64,000 nt of DNA, taken from a virus. The notes below the pieces were generated by a model. The model was not told where the DNA came from, made no database searches, and saw only the letters and a program-made list of their open reading frames with translations. The stretch is from the UHGV virus genome UHGV-1374671; one strand, written 5' to 3'. Below are positions 37,736-47,590 of the stretch, one piece after another; position 1 is the first letter of the stretch, and the number at the start of each line of letters is the position of its first letter. The translations under genes were made by a program, and so were the position numbers.

Positions 37736-38266
37736 ATGGCATCAAAGAAACCAATATCAGGAAGGAAATCCTTTCCGATCAAAAAACACGAGCTTGACCT
37801 GGTGATGAGCTTCCCGACTGCCGAGCACGCCGCCAGTGCCCTGAATATCAGCCTGGCCAAGGCCAAGCGCATCCGGCACGACAAGGAAAACACCAGGCTC
37901 AGCTGGGACACCAAACTGTGGCTGAAGATGACCTCAACCACCACCAGGTACAGATATCTGGAACGGTACCTGATGCGTATTGCCCCGTTCAACTACGGAA
38001 ACATCGTGTTCCAGAGGTTGAACGCGTTGGCCAGAATCGTTGATCAGTACGATGGCGTCTTCCGGTTCACCACCAAGCGACAGGGCAACCTTGACCAGCC
38101 TCGAAAGGAGTTCAAGGTTATGGACGATGCCATCCGAACTGCCAGGAGGCTGCTCAAGAAAGCATACTTTGGGTGTCCTACGTTGCGTGACCGCATCTTC
38201 TATGACACCAGGCTGCCGGAACAATTCGAGCAGGAGCAGAGCGACGACGATGACGACAATTCTTAA
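37736..38266 (+). CDS. Putative HTH DNA-binding protein with acidic C-terminus
   Basis: ATG 37736 follows an AGGAGG RBS. Helix-turn-helix-like TAEHAASALNISLAKAKRI. Confidence 0.4.
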   Translation: MASKKPISGRKSFPIKKHELDLVMSFPTAEHAASALNISLAKAKRIRHDKENTRLSWDTKLWLKMTSTTTRYRYLERYLMRIAPFNYGNIVFQRLNALARIVDQYDGVFRFTTKRQGNLDQPRKEFKVMDDAIRTARRLLKKAYFGCPTLRDRIFYDTRLPEQFEQEQSDDDDDNS

Positions 38267-38498
38267 GTTCGAGCTGCCGTCGTGCAGAGACTGCAGAGAG
38301 CTGGACAAATTGGTGGACAGTCTTGTCAGGAAGCATCCGGACATCAAGGTGGAAACGCATAACCTGATGCTGAGCCTGGAGGCCAGGCAAAGGCGCGTTC
38401 GGGTGGTTCCCACAGTTATCGTGTTGAAGGAGGGCCTTGAGATCGTCCGCATCGAAAGACTTCCTTCCATGGAGGAGCTGGAAGCCTCATGCACGTGA
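38250..38498 (+). CDS. Thioredoxin/glutaredoxin-like small protein (CxxC)
   Basis: CRDC active-site-like motif and VPTVIV cis-Pro region typical of the Trx fold. ATG 38250 is in frame within ORF 38040. Confidence 0.5.
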   Translation: MTTILKFELPSCRDCRELDKLVDSLVRKHPDIKVETHNLMLSLEARQRRVRVVPTVIVLKEGLEIVRIERLPSMEELEASCT

Positions 38499-39427
38499 AC
38501 GTATTGAATTCTGCTGTCGGAGTCCAGGAGGATCTTCCTCTCAGTGGTGCCACTGTCAGGACGACCAGCAGAGGCATTTTCGGCATCGAGCATTACGTCG
38601 GTGTCAGTGAACAACTTAAACAGGATCAGAAAATGAAGACATTCGCATATAAACTCGAGATGGTGCCTGGAGTAGAAGATCCGGACAAGTACATACTCGA
38701 TATTCATTGCGCTTGGTGCGGGATGAAATGCCCGCACTGCAACGACTGGGAAAAGAGATCGGACGACCCGTTTCGCTGCAATATCAGGGCGTCGCTTATC
38801 GGCAACTACATACGGGACCACGCGCATGAGCTGGAGGCTGTTCGTATCATTGGTCCCCGCGTTTTTGAGATACCCACCATGTATCTCAGAGAGATCTATT
38901 ATTGGACTTCCGAGAACAACCTGCGTCTGTTCGGCGAGTCCAATGGCATTGGCTATCAAAACTTATACAACTCGTTTACAGATGCGGTTACTGACTTCTG
39001 TGTACATATCCATGGTCCTGCCGGCACCTATTACAAGTGGTTCGGATACACGCTGGAACAGTACACAAACAACGGACTGGCTGCGCACCTGGTGAATGAT
39101 ACAGTTTCCAATTTGGACTCGATGCTGCGCGTCATTGACACTGTATTCGCGGCCCGGGAGACTGAAGCCAATCTGCCTATGCACTTCCGTGGATTGAGGA
39201 ATCTCAGGATACAGACAAGGGTGAGCAAGGCGCTGCATCCTACGTGTGATCTGGAGAGAATCAAGACTGACTGGATTCCTGACAGATTACTGAAGTACTG
39301 GGTTCTAGTGCCGGCGTCTGCTGAGGAAGGCCAAGACGAATATACCCATGACGAGCTTCAGATCATTGCTGATGCTCTGGGTTGCAAAGTAGAATTCCAA
39401 ATAAAGAAAGGAAATCAAAATGAGTGA
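38489..39427 (+). CDS. Hypothetical protein (zinc-ribbon CAWCGMKCPHC)
   Basis: 312-aa ORF. Confidence 0.45.
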   Translation: MHVNVLNSAVGVQEDLPLSGATVRTTSRGIFGIEHYVGVSEQLKQDQKMKTFAYKLEMVPGVEDPDKYILDIHCAWCGMKCPHCNDWEKRSDDPFRCNIRASLIGNYIRDHAHELEAVRIIGPRVFEIPTMYLREIYYWTSENNLRLFGESNGIGYQNLYNSFTDAVTDFCVHIHGPAGTYYKWFGYTLEQYTNNGLAAHLVNDTVSNLDSMLRVIDTVFAARETEANLPMHFRGLRNLRIQTRVSKALHPTCDLERIKTDWIPDRLLKYWVLVPASAEEGQDEYTHDELQIIADALGCKVEFQIKKGNQNE

Positions 39428-39869
39428 ACAGGAACAGTTCAAGTTCTGCGTGACCGACCCCGGTCTCGATCAGCTTACCCGCAAGCGCGTGGACGATGCT
39501 GGATACGACATTCGCTGCGCCGAGCACAACGTCGTGGTTCCGGCACGGGAATCGGCTGCCGTCAGCACCGGCCTGTACGTGGCTATTCCGCATGGTTATG
39601 TCGGTCTGGTGAAGAGCCGTTCCGGTTCCGCGTTCAACTACTGCGTGGAAGCAGGTGCCGGTGTCATCGACGCGTCCTATCGCGGAGAGGTGAAGGTGTT
39701 GCTGCACAATCACGGCGACGTGGACTTCAACATCGGCTACGGTGAGCGCATTGCCCAGCTGGTGCTCATGCGGGTCTATACTGACGATCCTGTGGCAGTC
39801 GCCAGTGTGGATGCTCTGGGAACCACTGATCGCGGAGACAAGGGCTTTGGAAGCTCCGGAACCAAGTAA
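39420..39869 (+). CDS. dut: dUTPase
   Basis: dUTPase motifs AGYDI, GLVKSRSG, GVIDASYRGE, RIAQLV. Confidence 0.85.
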   Translation: MSEQEQFKFCVTDPGLDQLTRKRVDDAGYDIRCAEHNVVVPARESAAVSTGLYVAIPHGYVGLVKSRSGSAFNYCVEAGAGVIDASYRGEVKVLLHNHGDVDFNIGYGERIAQLVLMRVYTDDPVAVASVDALGTTDRGDKGFGSSGTK

Positions 39870-39940
39870 TCATACGAAATCAGCAACAAACACAAGGGCG
39901 CCATTATGGCGCCCTTTCTTAATCCTAAGGAGAATACATC

Positions 39941-40309
39941 ATGAACGAACTCAAAGCAATCCTGATCGATCCCACCACCAGAACCATCAAAGACACAGTC
40001 GTTGACTATGATCTGCAGGCCTGGTACGACAAGCTGGACTGTGACGCTGTCCAGATTACTACTCTTCCGCTCGAAGCTGGACGGTTCCAGATGATTATCG
40101 ATGAGGAAGGACTGTTCAAGCCGGAGCTGGACCAGTTCAGGTTTGAAGAGGTGTTCGCCCAGCAGTACGCCGGCAAAGCACTGCTGGTTCAGTTCGACGA
40201 GACTGAGGACGAGGACGGCAACGTGATCATCAAGGACCGTATGGAGGCCACGGCAGAGGACGTCGAGGATTCCGTCATCTGGTGCGATACCAAGATGGTG
40301 CTGGAATGA
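39941..40309 (+). CDS. Hypothetical protein
   Basis: 122-aa ORF following an AAGGAGA RBS. Confidence 0.45.
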   Translation: MNELKAILIDPTTRTIKDTVVDYDLQAWYDKLDCDAVQITTLPLEAGRFQMIIDEEGLFKPELDQFRFEEVFAQQYAGKALLVQFDETEDEDGNVIIKDRMEATAEDVEDSVIWCDTKMVLE

Positions 40310-40380
40310 GCGCGGTTGCAACCGGTTTCTTGATAGGCGTCATCGTACTGTTCCTGTACACGGTAACGGAGGGCTGGTAA

Positions 40381-41328
40381 ATGGTTATAGTGCCAAAGCC
40401 TGAAGTCAGTGATCTTACGTGCAATACGTTCGCTGATTTCGATACGTTCGATCTCCGCCGGGTGGAATGTCCACCCCTTCCGGTTTCGGACCTCGGCAAC
40501 AGAAAGATATTGGGCATTCACAAGGTGCACAAGCAGTGGAGACTCAGCACGGAGGAACAGCAGTGGACAGATCCTGCCGCATCTGTTGACCATATGCTTG
40601 CACCTATCCGGATCGAGTATCTGCTGGGGATGCCGAAGGATCTCAACGGGAAGTGGCAGCTGCTGTCTACCTGCGAGCTGCAGTCCGTCAGCGAGAAAAG
40701 CGCTACGATATCCTGGACGGGTCTGAACGGAAGCAAGCACAGCTACACCAGTAACGCGATGGATGTGGTGCTGAAGATCCAGCAATACCTAAGCGCCGGA
40801 CTCAATATTTGTCAGTACACTTCCCATGCACATGACGTCGAGTCGCATGTCGAGAGACTCAAGGCGTTCCGGGAAAAGATCGGATACAAGTTGGAAGGGG
40901 TGCCTCCTTCCGCGTATGTCAACAGAAACGCGTCTCTTCAGGTTTCCGGCATGCTGACTGCTGGAGTCACAATTCCCTGTGACCTGCTTTCAGAATATGG
41001 GCTGTTCGACGCTGATCGGCTGCATGTGCCGTGTTCGACCCCGTTCCGCGCGGCCGCTGCGTTCAAGACGCGCAACGTGGTGCTTGACATCATCCCGTTC
41101 AAAGATCTGAACAAGTTGGACAGCACCACGCTGCCTCTTACCAGGCTCCCTGATGAGACCGACGAGCAGTACGCTGCTCGCAGACAGGAACGGTTTTCCG
41201 ATCTGCTTACGAATATCGTACATGGCGGGTTGGTTGCGGTGGTCAAGGTGGAAACCAGGACCATCGACAATGAGCTCATTCTTCGCAGATTGAAACGCCA
41301 GGACGAGCGGAGCGACGACTGGGAATGA
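40381..41328 (+). CDS. Hypothetical protein
   Basis: 315-aa ORF. Confidence 0.45.
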   Translation: MVIVPKPEVSDLTCNTFADFDTFDLRRVECPPLPVSDLGNRKILGIHKVHKQWRLSTEEQQWTDPAASVDHMLAPIRIEYLLGMPKDLNGKWQLLSTCELQSVSEKSATISWTGLNGSKHSYTSNAMDVVLKIQQYLSAGLNICQYTSHAHDVESHVERLKAFREKIGYKLEGVPPSAYVNRNASLQVSGMLTAGVTIPCDLLSEYGLFDADRLHVPCSTPFRAAAAFKTRNVVLDIIPFKDLNKLDSTTLPLTRLPDETDEQYAARRQERFSDLLTNIVHGGLVAVVKVETRTIDNELILRRLKRQDERSDDWE

Positions 41329-41819
41329 GCTGTCCGTGGCTTTCCCATTACCTGACTCTGGTCAGGAACAAAGGTCAGTGCAAACGTCCACGAGGGTGTT
41401 ACTACAACAGGCTTCAGGGCTACTGTCCTGACAGATGCACTCTGGGACTATGCACTGACTACGATGGCATCATGTGGAACGGGGAGCTGTTCGTAGCCCT
41501 CGAATCGCAGTCCGTGTATCACAATGCCGACGGCACTTACCGATTGATCCAACCTTATGCCAGTGAACGCAAGGCATTGCGTACGCTGTCCTGGAGGCTC
41601 CTCCCAGGAGAGGATGCCTTCAAGGACACCTTTGAGCTGCTGCAGTTCATTGCCCGCAAAAGCGGGTGCAACCTGTATACCCGTCATGGCGCGGTCATGT
41701 ACGCCGACTGGCAGAACAGACACAGCAAGCTGGAAATCGGCAAGTGGTACCGCTGTTTCAACTACATGTTCGAGGAGCGCAGTGACGCTCCCAACTATCC
41801 AACCTCAAGGAGAATATGA
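41325..41819 (+). CDS. Hypothetical protein (Cys-rich N-terminus)
   Basis: 164-aa ORF; start/stop overlap with neighbours. Confidence 0.45.
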   Translation: MSCPWLSHYLTLVRNKGQCKRPRGCYYNRLQGYCPDRCTLGLCTDYDGIMWNGELFVALESQSVYHNADGTYRLIQPYASERKALRTLSWRLLPGEDAFKDTFELLQFIARKSGCNLYTRHGAVMYADWQNRHSKLEIGKWYRCFNYMFEERSDAPNYPTSRRI

Positions 41820-42460
41820 TGAGTGAATTCATTACCGGGCAAACCGTGTTTGTGCCAGACGACACTGGCGGGTCCATCAAACAGGGAACGTTGCTCGCAA
41901 TCAGAGGCGAGGTGGCGCTCGTTGCCTATCCTCAGGAGAGCAAGCCAGTATGGGTCTCCACTGACCAGCTTCGCAATCAGGTTCCTGTTACAGTTTCACA
42001 GGAGGAAACCGAACAGGAAACTGAGCAGGAAACAGATGCGAATGGTCTCGATGTCGAACGGCTTTCGTTCATGGTGATGTACGACGGGCAACCGGATCAG
42101 GTGTTGATAGTTGATCATGACGGGTTCAAATTGAAGGAACATGGCTGGGTGTATGCCGAGGATCCGAAGCTGGCTCCGTATGTTCAGCCTGCTTTAGAGT
42201 CTCCTGCATCGGAGCCCGACAGCGGCAGCTATCTTGACGGCACCGACTACCTCGGCCTTATGGCAGTGTCCAAAGACAACATGAACTATGCCTGGATCAT
42301 CACCGGTGCGTCATTTATGTCCGTCAATAAGAAGCGCAAGCAGTGGTACTTCTCGTTCGGCAGCCGGAAGGCAGTGTCGTTGCAGCTCTTGCTGAAGGAC
42401 TTCAACTTGTATCGCAGAAACGCGGACGGGTACTGGGTACTTGTTCATGTAAATCCTTAA
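41816..42460 (+). CDS. Hypothetical protein
   Basis: 214-aa ORF. Confidence 0.45.
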   Translation: MMSEFITGQTVFVPDDTGGSIKQGTLLAIRGEVALVAYPQESKPVWVSTDQLRNQVPVTVSQEETEQETEQETDANGLDVERLSFMVMYDGQPDQVLIVDHDGFKLKEHGWVYAEDPKLAPYVQPALESPASEPDSGSYLDGTDYLGLMAVSKDNMNYAWIITGASFMSVNKKRKQWYFSFGSRKAVSLQLLLKDFNLYRRNADGYWVLVHVNP

Positions 42461-42541
42461 TCTTAAATGGATTACGTGGCAAAATACAGTAGAATATAAA
42501 AATAAACTCGTAGATTTTCTACGGGTGTTCAGGAGGACAGA

Positions 42542-42751
42542 ATGGAAAACAACCGTTCACGCAACTTGGAAGAGAAAGCCAAGTACGCTCATCTTGTCGG
42601 CCAGGCGGTGAGACCGTCAAGCGACCCCACAGCCGACTGGCTGGTCGTCACTGCATGCACCGACGTCGGTATCACGTTGATCACAGATGCCGTGATTCCG
42701 TGGAACGAGCTCAACAAATGGTCAACATTGAAAGGGCCCATTCATGGATGA
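42542..42751 (+). CDS. Small hypothetical protein
   Basis: 69-aa ORF following a CAGGAGG RBS; an upstream palindrome is at 42509-42523. Confidence 0.4.
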   Translation: MENNRSRNLEEKAKYAHLVGQAVRPSSDPTADWLVVTACTDVGITLITDAVIPWNELNKWSTLKGPIHG

Positions 42752-43250
42752 CGAGTTTGGAACCTGCAGTGTCTGCGGCCAGTGCAAGGACACTGCCGAC
42801 GGCTGCTACGACTGGTTCATGTTCGAGGAGCTGACTGAAGATCGGTATCCAGCCGTTCGTGTCGGTGACGAGGATCGTGGAGACTTCTGCAAAGGGCAGT
42901 GCCCGGAATGCGGAGCAAAAGAAGGCTACGTTCATCACCATGAATGTCGCAACGAGGTGTGCCCGTACTGCGGTGAATTGCTTAATGTCGGCAATCACCA
43001 GCACACACAGGTGACCGCTGAGTTCCGTCATCGCAGCGGTCTTCCGCTTCCGTTGACGAGCCCGGTCAGGTGCTGTCTGAACTGCAAGTACGCCAGGAAC
43101 ATCGTAGCCTACATCTGGGACCAGGGACGCTGGGCCTGCTATCTGGATCAGTCCAGGAACCTGGAGCCTGCGGAGCTGATCGAACAGAACAGGCTTCGCG
43201 GAGACGGCTTGTTTGTCTGCTCTCATTGGGATCCGAAACCCATTGATTGA
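42744..43250 (+). CDS. Cys-rich (multi zinc-ribbon) hypothetical protein
   Basis: CSVCGQC, CPECG, CPYCG, CLNC motifs. Confidence 0.45.
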   Translation: MDDEFGTCSVCGQCKDTADGCYDWFMFEELTEDRYPAVRVGDEDRGDFCKGQCPECGAKEGYVHHHECRNEVCPYCGELLNVGNHQHTQVTAEFRHRSGLPLPLTSPVRCCLNCKYARNIVAYIWDQGRWACYLDQSRNLEPAELIEQNRLRGDGLFVCSHWDPKPID

Positions 43251-43377
43251 GCTTATCCGATAATCACGCAACCCACGCCGGCGTAGGAGGACCGGCGTGA
43301 CCAGTATCCGAATGTGTACAGGGACAGCGATGAGATATCCTGTCCGACCCAATCCAATAACATCATAGGAAAAGTAA

Positions 43378-44031
43378 ATGGCTGAAGAATTCAAGTCCGA
43401 ACTCGAAGCTGGCATTGCCCAGTTCAATCTTCTGTACAAGAAATCCACAGAGACCCGCAAGAAGGCCTGTGAGATCTACGCCACGCTCTCAAATGGTGAT
43501 CCGGTTGCTGATGCCGCGTTTCGTGCTCAGCATCCGGAATGGACGACCACTCAGTGGCGCATTCTGTTTCTGGTCGGCACCGGTGTGCTGTACGAGGAGT
43601 ATTTGAATCTGCATGTGTTCTCGGTGTCGCTGTATATCAGCAAGCTGCCGATCGATCAGCAGAAGAAATACTACCACGAGGGAGTTCCCTGTCTGCTTCC
43701 CGCCGGCTCCGTGCGCAATATCAAGATCGGCAACGTGCACGGTGAGATGATCCGTCAGCTCTTTTGCGATGACGGTCATTTGCGCACTGTCAAGGAGCAG
43801 GAGGCGTATCTCAACGAGCTGGAGGAGCACAAGAAGGCCGCCATCAAGAACGACGTCAACTGGACGGTGTACAACGGCGGCATCCTGGTGCGCCGCGCCA
43901 ACATCAAGCTCACTCCTGATGATCTCAGGGAAGCGCTGATGCGCCGGCGCAAGAAGCCGTTGCTGTCTCCTGCCGTGCTGCGCGAGATTGCGGACTTCTG
44001 GGAAGAACGCGAAAGAAAGGCCAATCGGTAA
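43378..44031 (+). CDS. Hypothetical protein
   Basis: 217-aa ORF. Confidence 0.45.
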   Translation: MAEEFKSELEAGIAQFNLLYKKSTETRKKACEIYATLSNGDPVADAAFRAQHPEWTTTQWRILFLVGTGVLYEEYLNLHVFSVSLYISKLPIDQQKKYYHEGVPCLLPAGSVRNIKIGNVHGEMIRQLFCDDGHLRTVKEQEAYLNELEEHKKAAIKNDVNWTVYNGGILVRRANIKLTPDDLREALMRRRKKPLLSPAVLREIADFWEERERKANR

Positions 44032-44040
44032 GGGCATGCT

Positions 44041-44319
44041 ATGAACAATGATGCTGTGTGGTTGCAGCAGAATTGGTCCAGCATGCCTCTGGCGTTACAG
44101 GCAAAGGCGAGAGCGCTCCAACGAACGGAGGAGCGCTTTTCTCCTGAAGCCTGGTACGCCCTGATGCAGGAGGGTAGGAAGGAATTCAACCTCCCTCCGA
44201 TCCATCCCTGGTCCAACTTCTGCATTCTGATGATGAAGTCCCTGTCGTCCGGTCAGGAAAAGCAGGTGGCCCCTGCCGCACTGCTCGACTCGTTAGGAGG
44301 CGACAATGGCGCATCATAA
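44041..44319 (+). CDS. Small hypothetical protein
   Basis: 92-aa ORF. Confidence 0.35.
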   Translation: MNNDAVWLQQNWSSMPLALQAKARALQRTEERFSPEAWYALMQEGRKEFNLPPIHPWSNFCILMMKSLSSGQEKQVAPAALLDSLGGDNGAS

Positions 44320-44911
44320 ATCACCAATCAGGATGCTCTCCACGTGGGAGCCTCCTGACTACATCCAGGAGGAAGTCTGGTACTACCTGGAGGTGGAAGG
44401 CGTCCAGCTGTGTTACCGGTACATGGTGTCCGACCACGGTCGGGTGTACAATCCTCAAACTGAGAGACTGGTCAGGGCTGAAGGTCTTGCCTGGGGCGTG
44501 GAGATGTACCGGCTGCGCGCTGTGAACGTGGACACTTACGGGTCCGTAGTCACTATCAGCCAGGGACCGCTCCGCAGGATGCTGCGAACTCAGAAGCCCA
44601 AGCCGTTCGACACGGTGGTGTACCCGTATCGACCAAACAAGCCTCGCATGGCTCAGTCCCGTACTCAGGTGCAGGAACCGCAGGTAGAGGTAAAACCTAA
44701 ACCTGAGGTGTTGAAGGAACGCACCGAACAACTGGCTGCAAAGGTCGCTTTTCCGGATCCTCATTCACAGGACCTTCCGTGGATGAAAATCACCCCGGAG
44801 GAACTTACCGTGGTGCGGATGATGCTGGCCTCGCTTGAAGATCATGAAGCTGTGCACGTCGTTCAGGCAGCCAGACAGGGGCTGAAGCGATTACTGGAGG
44901 AAAATCCATGA
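44306..44911 (+). CDS. Putative DNA-binding protein with NUMOD4/AP2-like N-terminus (no HNH motif seen)
   Basis: WYYLEVEGV..YMVSDHGRVYNPQTERLV resembles the N-terminal domain of phage HNH homing endonucleases, but no HNH catalytic motif was found. Confidence 0.3.
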   Translation: MAHHKSPIRMLSTWEPPDYIQEEVWYYLEVEGVQLCYRYMVSDHGRVYNPQTERLVRAEGLAWGVEMYRLRAVNVDTYGSVVTISQGPLRRMLRTQKPKPFDTVVYPYRPNKPRMAQSRTQVQEPQVEVKPKPEVLKERTEQLAAKVAFPDPHSQDLPWMKITPEELTVVRMMLASLEDHEAVHVVQAARQGLKRLLEENP

Positions 44912-45438
44912 CAGGACAGAATAAACTCAGACTGGTGATGACGTTGGCGTGTCCCAGGCAGTGCGCCGGGTGTTGTAACAAGCAATGGGACTGGAACCAG
45001 GTGCCGACGTTCGACGGCGACTACTCCAAGTTCGACATGGTTATGTTCACGGGTGGAGAACCCATGCTTATACAGGACAGGATCATGGAGGAAGCATTGA
45101 AGGCCCGTAAGCAGAATCCCGACATCCGGCTCGTTCTTTATACGGCCAAGCTGGATGATCCTGTTGCCATTCGTGATGTGATGAACGTCATGGACGGGCT
45201 CACTGTCACGCTGCACGACCCGCAGGACGTGCCGTTGTTCCGTGAACTGGACGCATATCTCAGCCACAATTTGAATTACGTCTTGGAGAAATATCTGAGA
45301 TGTAACGTATTCAAGGAGGCCGGCAAGATTGAGTCCAGCTCGTTGTGGCATCTCAAGACTGACATGGAGTGGATCCCTGATTGTCCGCTGCCTGCCGGCG
45401 AGGCGTTGATGAAACACGAGAAATTCTACTCGAAGTAG
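44908..45438 (+). CDS. Radical SAM enzyme (QueE-like or NrdG-like activase)
   Basis: CPRQCAGC matches CxxxCxxC; FTGGEP matches the GGEP motif. 176 aa. Confidence 0.55.
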   Translation: MTGQNKLRLVMTLACPRQCAGCCNKQWDWNQVPTFDGDYSKFDMVMFTGGEPMLIQDRIMEEALKARKQNPDIRLVLYTAKLDDPVAIRDVMNVMDGLTVTLHDPQDVPLFRELDAYLSHNLNYVLEKYLRCNVFKEAGKIESSSLWHLKTDMEWIPDCPLPAGEALMKHEKFYSK

Positions 45439-45442
45439 AAAA
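45424..45442. promoter_or_regulatory. AT-rich palindrome ttctact-cga-agtagaaaa spanning the radical-SAM stop, 10 nt before the next RBS
   Basis: Read directly; family motif. Confidence 0.45.
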
Positions 45443-45455
45443 CAGGAGGACACAC

Positions 45456-45680
45456 ATGACTTGGGTATGGTGGTATCTGGGCGTCGGCCTGTCACTTGGA
45501 CTGCTTCGTGGGATTCTGCACAGGAGCTTCTGGGCAGTTCCCCTGGTCATGGTGTTCTGGCTCCCGTTTGTGCTGGCCGTCATGGGGCTGGCCCTGTTGT
45601 TTCTTCTGGCTGACTCGTTTCAGGCTGAGGAAACTTACAAAGACATCGAAGAAGGAGATTACGATGGACGAGATCAATAG
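45456..45680 (+). CDS. Small membrane protein (two predicted TM helices)
   Basis: ATG 45456 follows an AGGAGG RBS. Hydrophobic WVWWYLGVGLSLGLL and LVMVFWLPFVLAVMGLALLFLL. Confidence 0.45.
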   Translation: MTWVWWYLGVGLSLGLLRGILHRSFWAVPLVMVFWLPFVLAVMGLALLFLLADSFQAEETYKDIEEGDYDGRDQ

Positions 45681-46041
45681 TCAGATCCCCAGCGGGGAGT
45701 TCTGTGAGAAGCTCATCAAAGGAGACGACTTTCAGGATTCAGCTCTGATCTGGATTAAGGATCCGAAAGGAAATCATTACCAGGCGCGTCTGAGAGAGTC
45801 GGTGCACAAGCGCACGTTGGAGGTCTTTCAGGCGTTTCCTGCGCCGTTACCGTTCGAGATCATGGACGCATTGCACAAGCTGGGCTGTGCGATCAGGATC
45901 GAACAGAACGAGAGCTTATCAGCGTACCGCATCGAGGCTGAGAGAGGGGACCGCGTGTTCACCGCATACACACAGCGAGGAGCTGAAGGGCTTCTCGAAG
46001 TGTGGAGCGATGTTAAGCAGGCCATCACCGAAGTCCAGTGA
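45664..46041 (+). CDS. Hypothetical protein
   Basis: ATG 45664 follows a GAAGGAG RBS, in frame within ORF 45496. Confidence 0.45.
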   Translation: MDEINSQIPSGEFCEKLIKGDDFQDSALIWIKDPKGNHYQARLRESVHKRTLEVFQAFPAPLPFEIMDALHKLGCAIRIEQNESLSAYRIEAERGDRVFTAYTQRGAEGLLEVWSDVKQAITEVQ

Positions 46042-46057
46042 GCATACCGTATGCAAG

Positions 46058-46085
46058 GACCCTGTCGCAAGGCAGGGTCTTTTTG
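46058..46085 (+). terminator. Intrinsic terminator (gaccctg-tcgcaagg-cagggtc + TTTTTG)
   Basis: Read directly; stem plus T-run. Confidence 0.5.
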
Positions 46086-46101
46086 CGTCTTCAAAACAAC
46101 A

Positions 46102-46311
46102 ATGGAGGTGCTCGTGCACAAGATGACAAAAACCAAAATGGTTGTTGAGCTCGCGTTCAGCAACGAAGACTGGAATAAGATGGTCCAGAAAGAATCCGAC
46201 AGCGAAACGACAGCGCTGCTCAAACTGGGATCCAAGATAGAGTGGCTGCTGGAAGATGCCGCTATTGCCGAAGACGTCACGGTCAGCATGCCGTATGTCG
46301 ATCACGAATAA
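46102..46311 (+). CDS. Small hypothetical protein
   Basis: In-frame ATG after the terminator; start uncertain. Confidence 0.35.
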   Translation: MEVLVHKMTKTKMVVELAFSNEDWNKMVQKESDSETTALLKLGSKIEWLLEDAAIAEDVTVSMPYVDHE

Positions 46312-46340
46312 TCCAACCAATCAAAACAAAGGAAATCAAA

Positions 46341-46820
46341 ATGAACAGAGAACAGCGCAAGTATTTCTTCAATCGTCTTGAGAGCACCTATATGAAGGCT
46401 GTCAATGAGATCAACAAAAAGGCCAACGAGGCGATCGAGAAGCTGGAAGGACCGAACATCAGAATCGCCCGCCTCATGCTGGATCCCGACATTCAGCGTA
46501 GGATGATCCAGTGCATGGCCGAGTTCTTCTCCAATAAGGATCACCAGCAGGATCCCATTCGTATGGGCGTGAATCTGGATCGCTATTACAGGGGCCTGGA
46601 TTTCATGCTTTACATTCCGGAGATCCGGGAGGCGTTCGAGGATCACCAAAAGGAAATGGACAGCATCAACGCCAGGCGCAACTCGATGTCAGAGCAGCTG
46701 CATCGTGAACAGCAGCGGATCAAGGACAACGTTATGTTCGGTGAAGATGCGAAAGAACTTCTGAACGCAATCCAGTCATTTTCAAAGCTGGCCACGGAGT
46801 TGGTAGGTCGTTTCGAGTAA
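46341..46820 (+). CDS. Hypothetical protein
   Basis: ATG 46341 in the AAGGAAATCAAAATG initiation context, which recurs at 39420 and 51119. Confidence 0.45.
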   Translation: MNREQRKYFFNRLESTYMKAVNEINKKANEAIEKLEGPNIRIARLMLDPDIQRRMIQCMAEFFSNKDHQQDPIRMGVNLDRYYRGLDFMLYIPEIREAFEDHQKEMDSINARRNSMSEQLHREQQRIKDNVMFGEDAKELLNAIQSFSKLATELVGRFE

Positions 46821-46895
46821 ACAACTTCATGAAGCAGGGCGGCGCGCAATGCTGCTCTGTTTTCAGAAAACAACAATCAACATGGAGGAAACAAA

Positions 46896-47588
46896 ATGAT
46901 CCAATTGTCGAAAGAACTGATGCACAGCTTTGTCTCCGCAGCCGTGCAACCCATGAAGCCGTATTACCAGCTCACACCCGGAAAGCACTACCACACGCTT
47001 CAGCACATCCAGAACATGCTGGAGTTTTGTCTGGAGCATGCCGACACCCTGGGAAAGTTGTACCCCGTGCTTACCGCTGCGGACGGCTTCAAGCAGCTCA
47101 TCACCGCCATCCTGTGGCATGATGCGGATTACAGACCAGGAGATCAGGGCAACGAGATTCGGGCTGCCGCCTTGTACATGGAGCACAACGGCAAGGACGC
47201 CGACATTGTAGTCGGCAAGGCTGTTCTCAGTACCATGATCGGCAACAGCACTTTCAACAACGCCGTGGAGCTGGTGCTGCACGATCTTGACTACAGCAAC
47301 TTCCTGGACGAGATCAAAATGGCGGAAGCCGAGGAGCAGCTGTATCAGGAATATCTGGATACGGTTCATCCGGACGGATCTGATCCGACTCTGGAAGATC
47401 GCAGGGACTTCCTGAAACGTCAGCGTGCATTTTACCACACCATGTGCGGGCCCTGCATATTTGTGTCCTTGTTTGCGGAGCACGATGAGCAGGCCCAGGT
47501 CAACGTAGCCAAGCGCATTGACAGCCTGTCAGATGCTATTAAACTGTGCGAGGAAGCCATTGCCACGTGCAGCAATGGACCGTTCTGA
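46896..47588 (+). CDS. HD-domain phosphohydrolase
   Basis: HYHTLQH..ILWHDADY (H..H...HD). Confidence 0.55.
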   Translation: MIQLSKELMHSFVSAAVQPMKPYYQLTPGKHYHTLQHIQNMLEFCLEHADTLGKLYPVLTAADGFKQLITAILWHDADYRPGDQGNEIRAAALYMEHNGKDADIVVGKAVLSTMIGNSTFNNAVELVLHDLDYSNFLDEIKMAEAEEQLYQEYLDTVHPDGSDPTLEDRRDFLKRQRAFYHTMCGPCIFVSLFAEHDEQAQVNVAKRIDSLSDAIKLCEEAIATCSNGPF

Positions 47589-47590
47589 CG

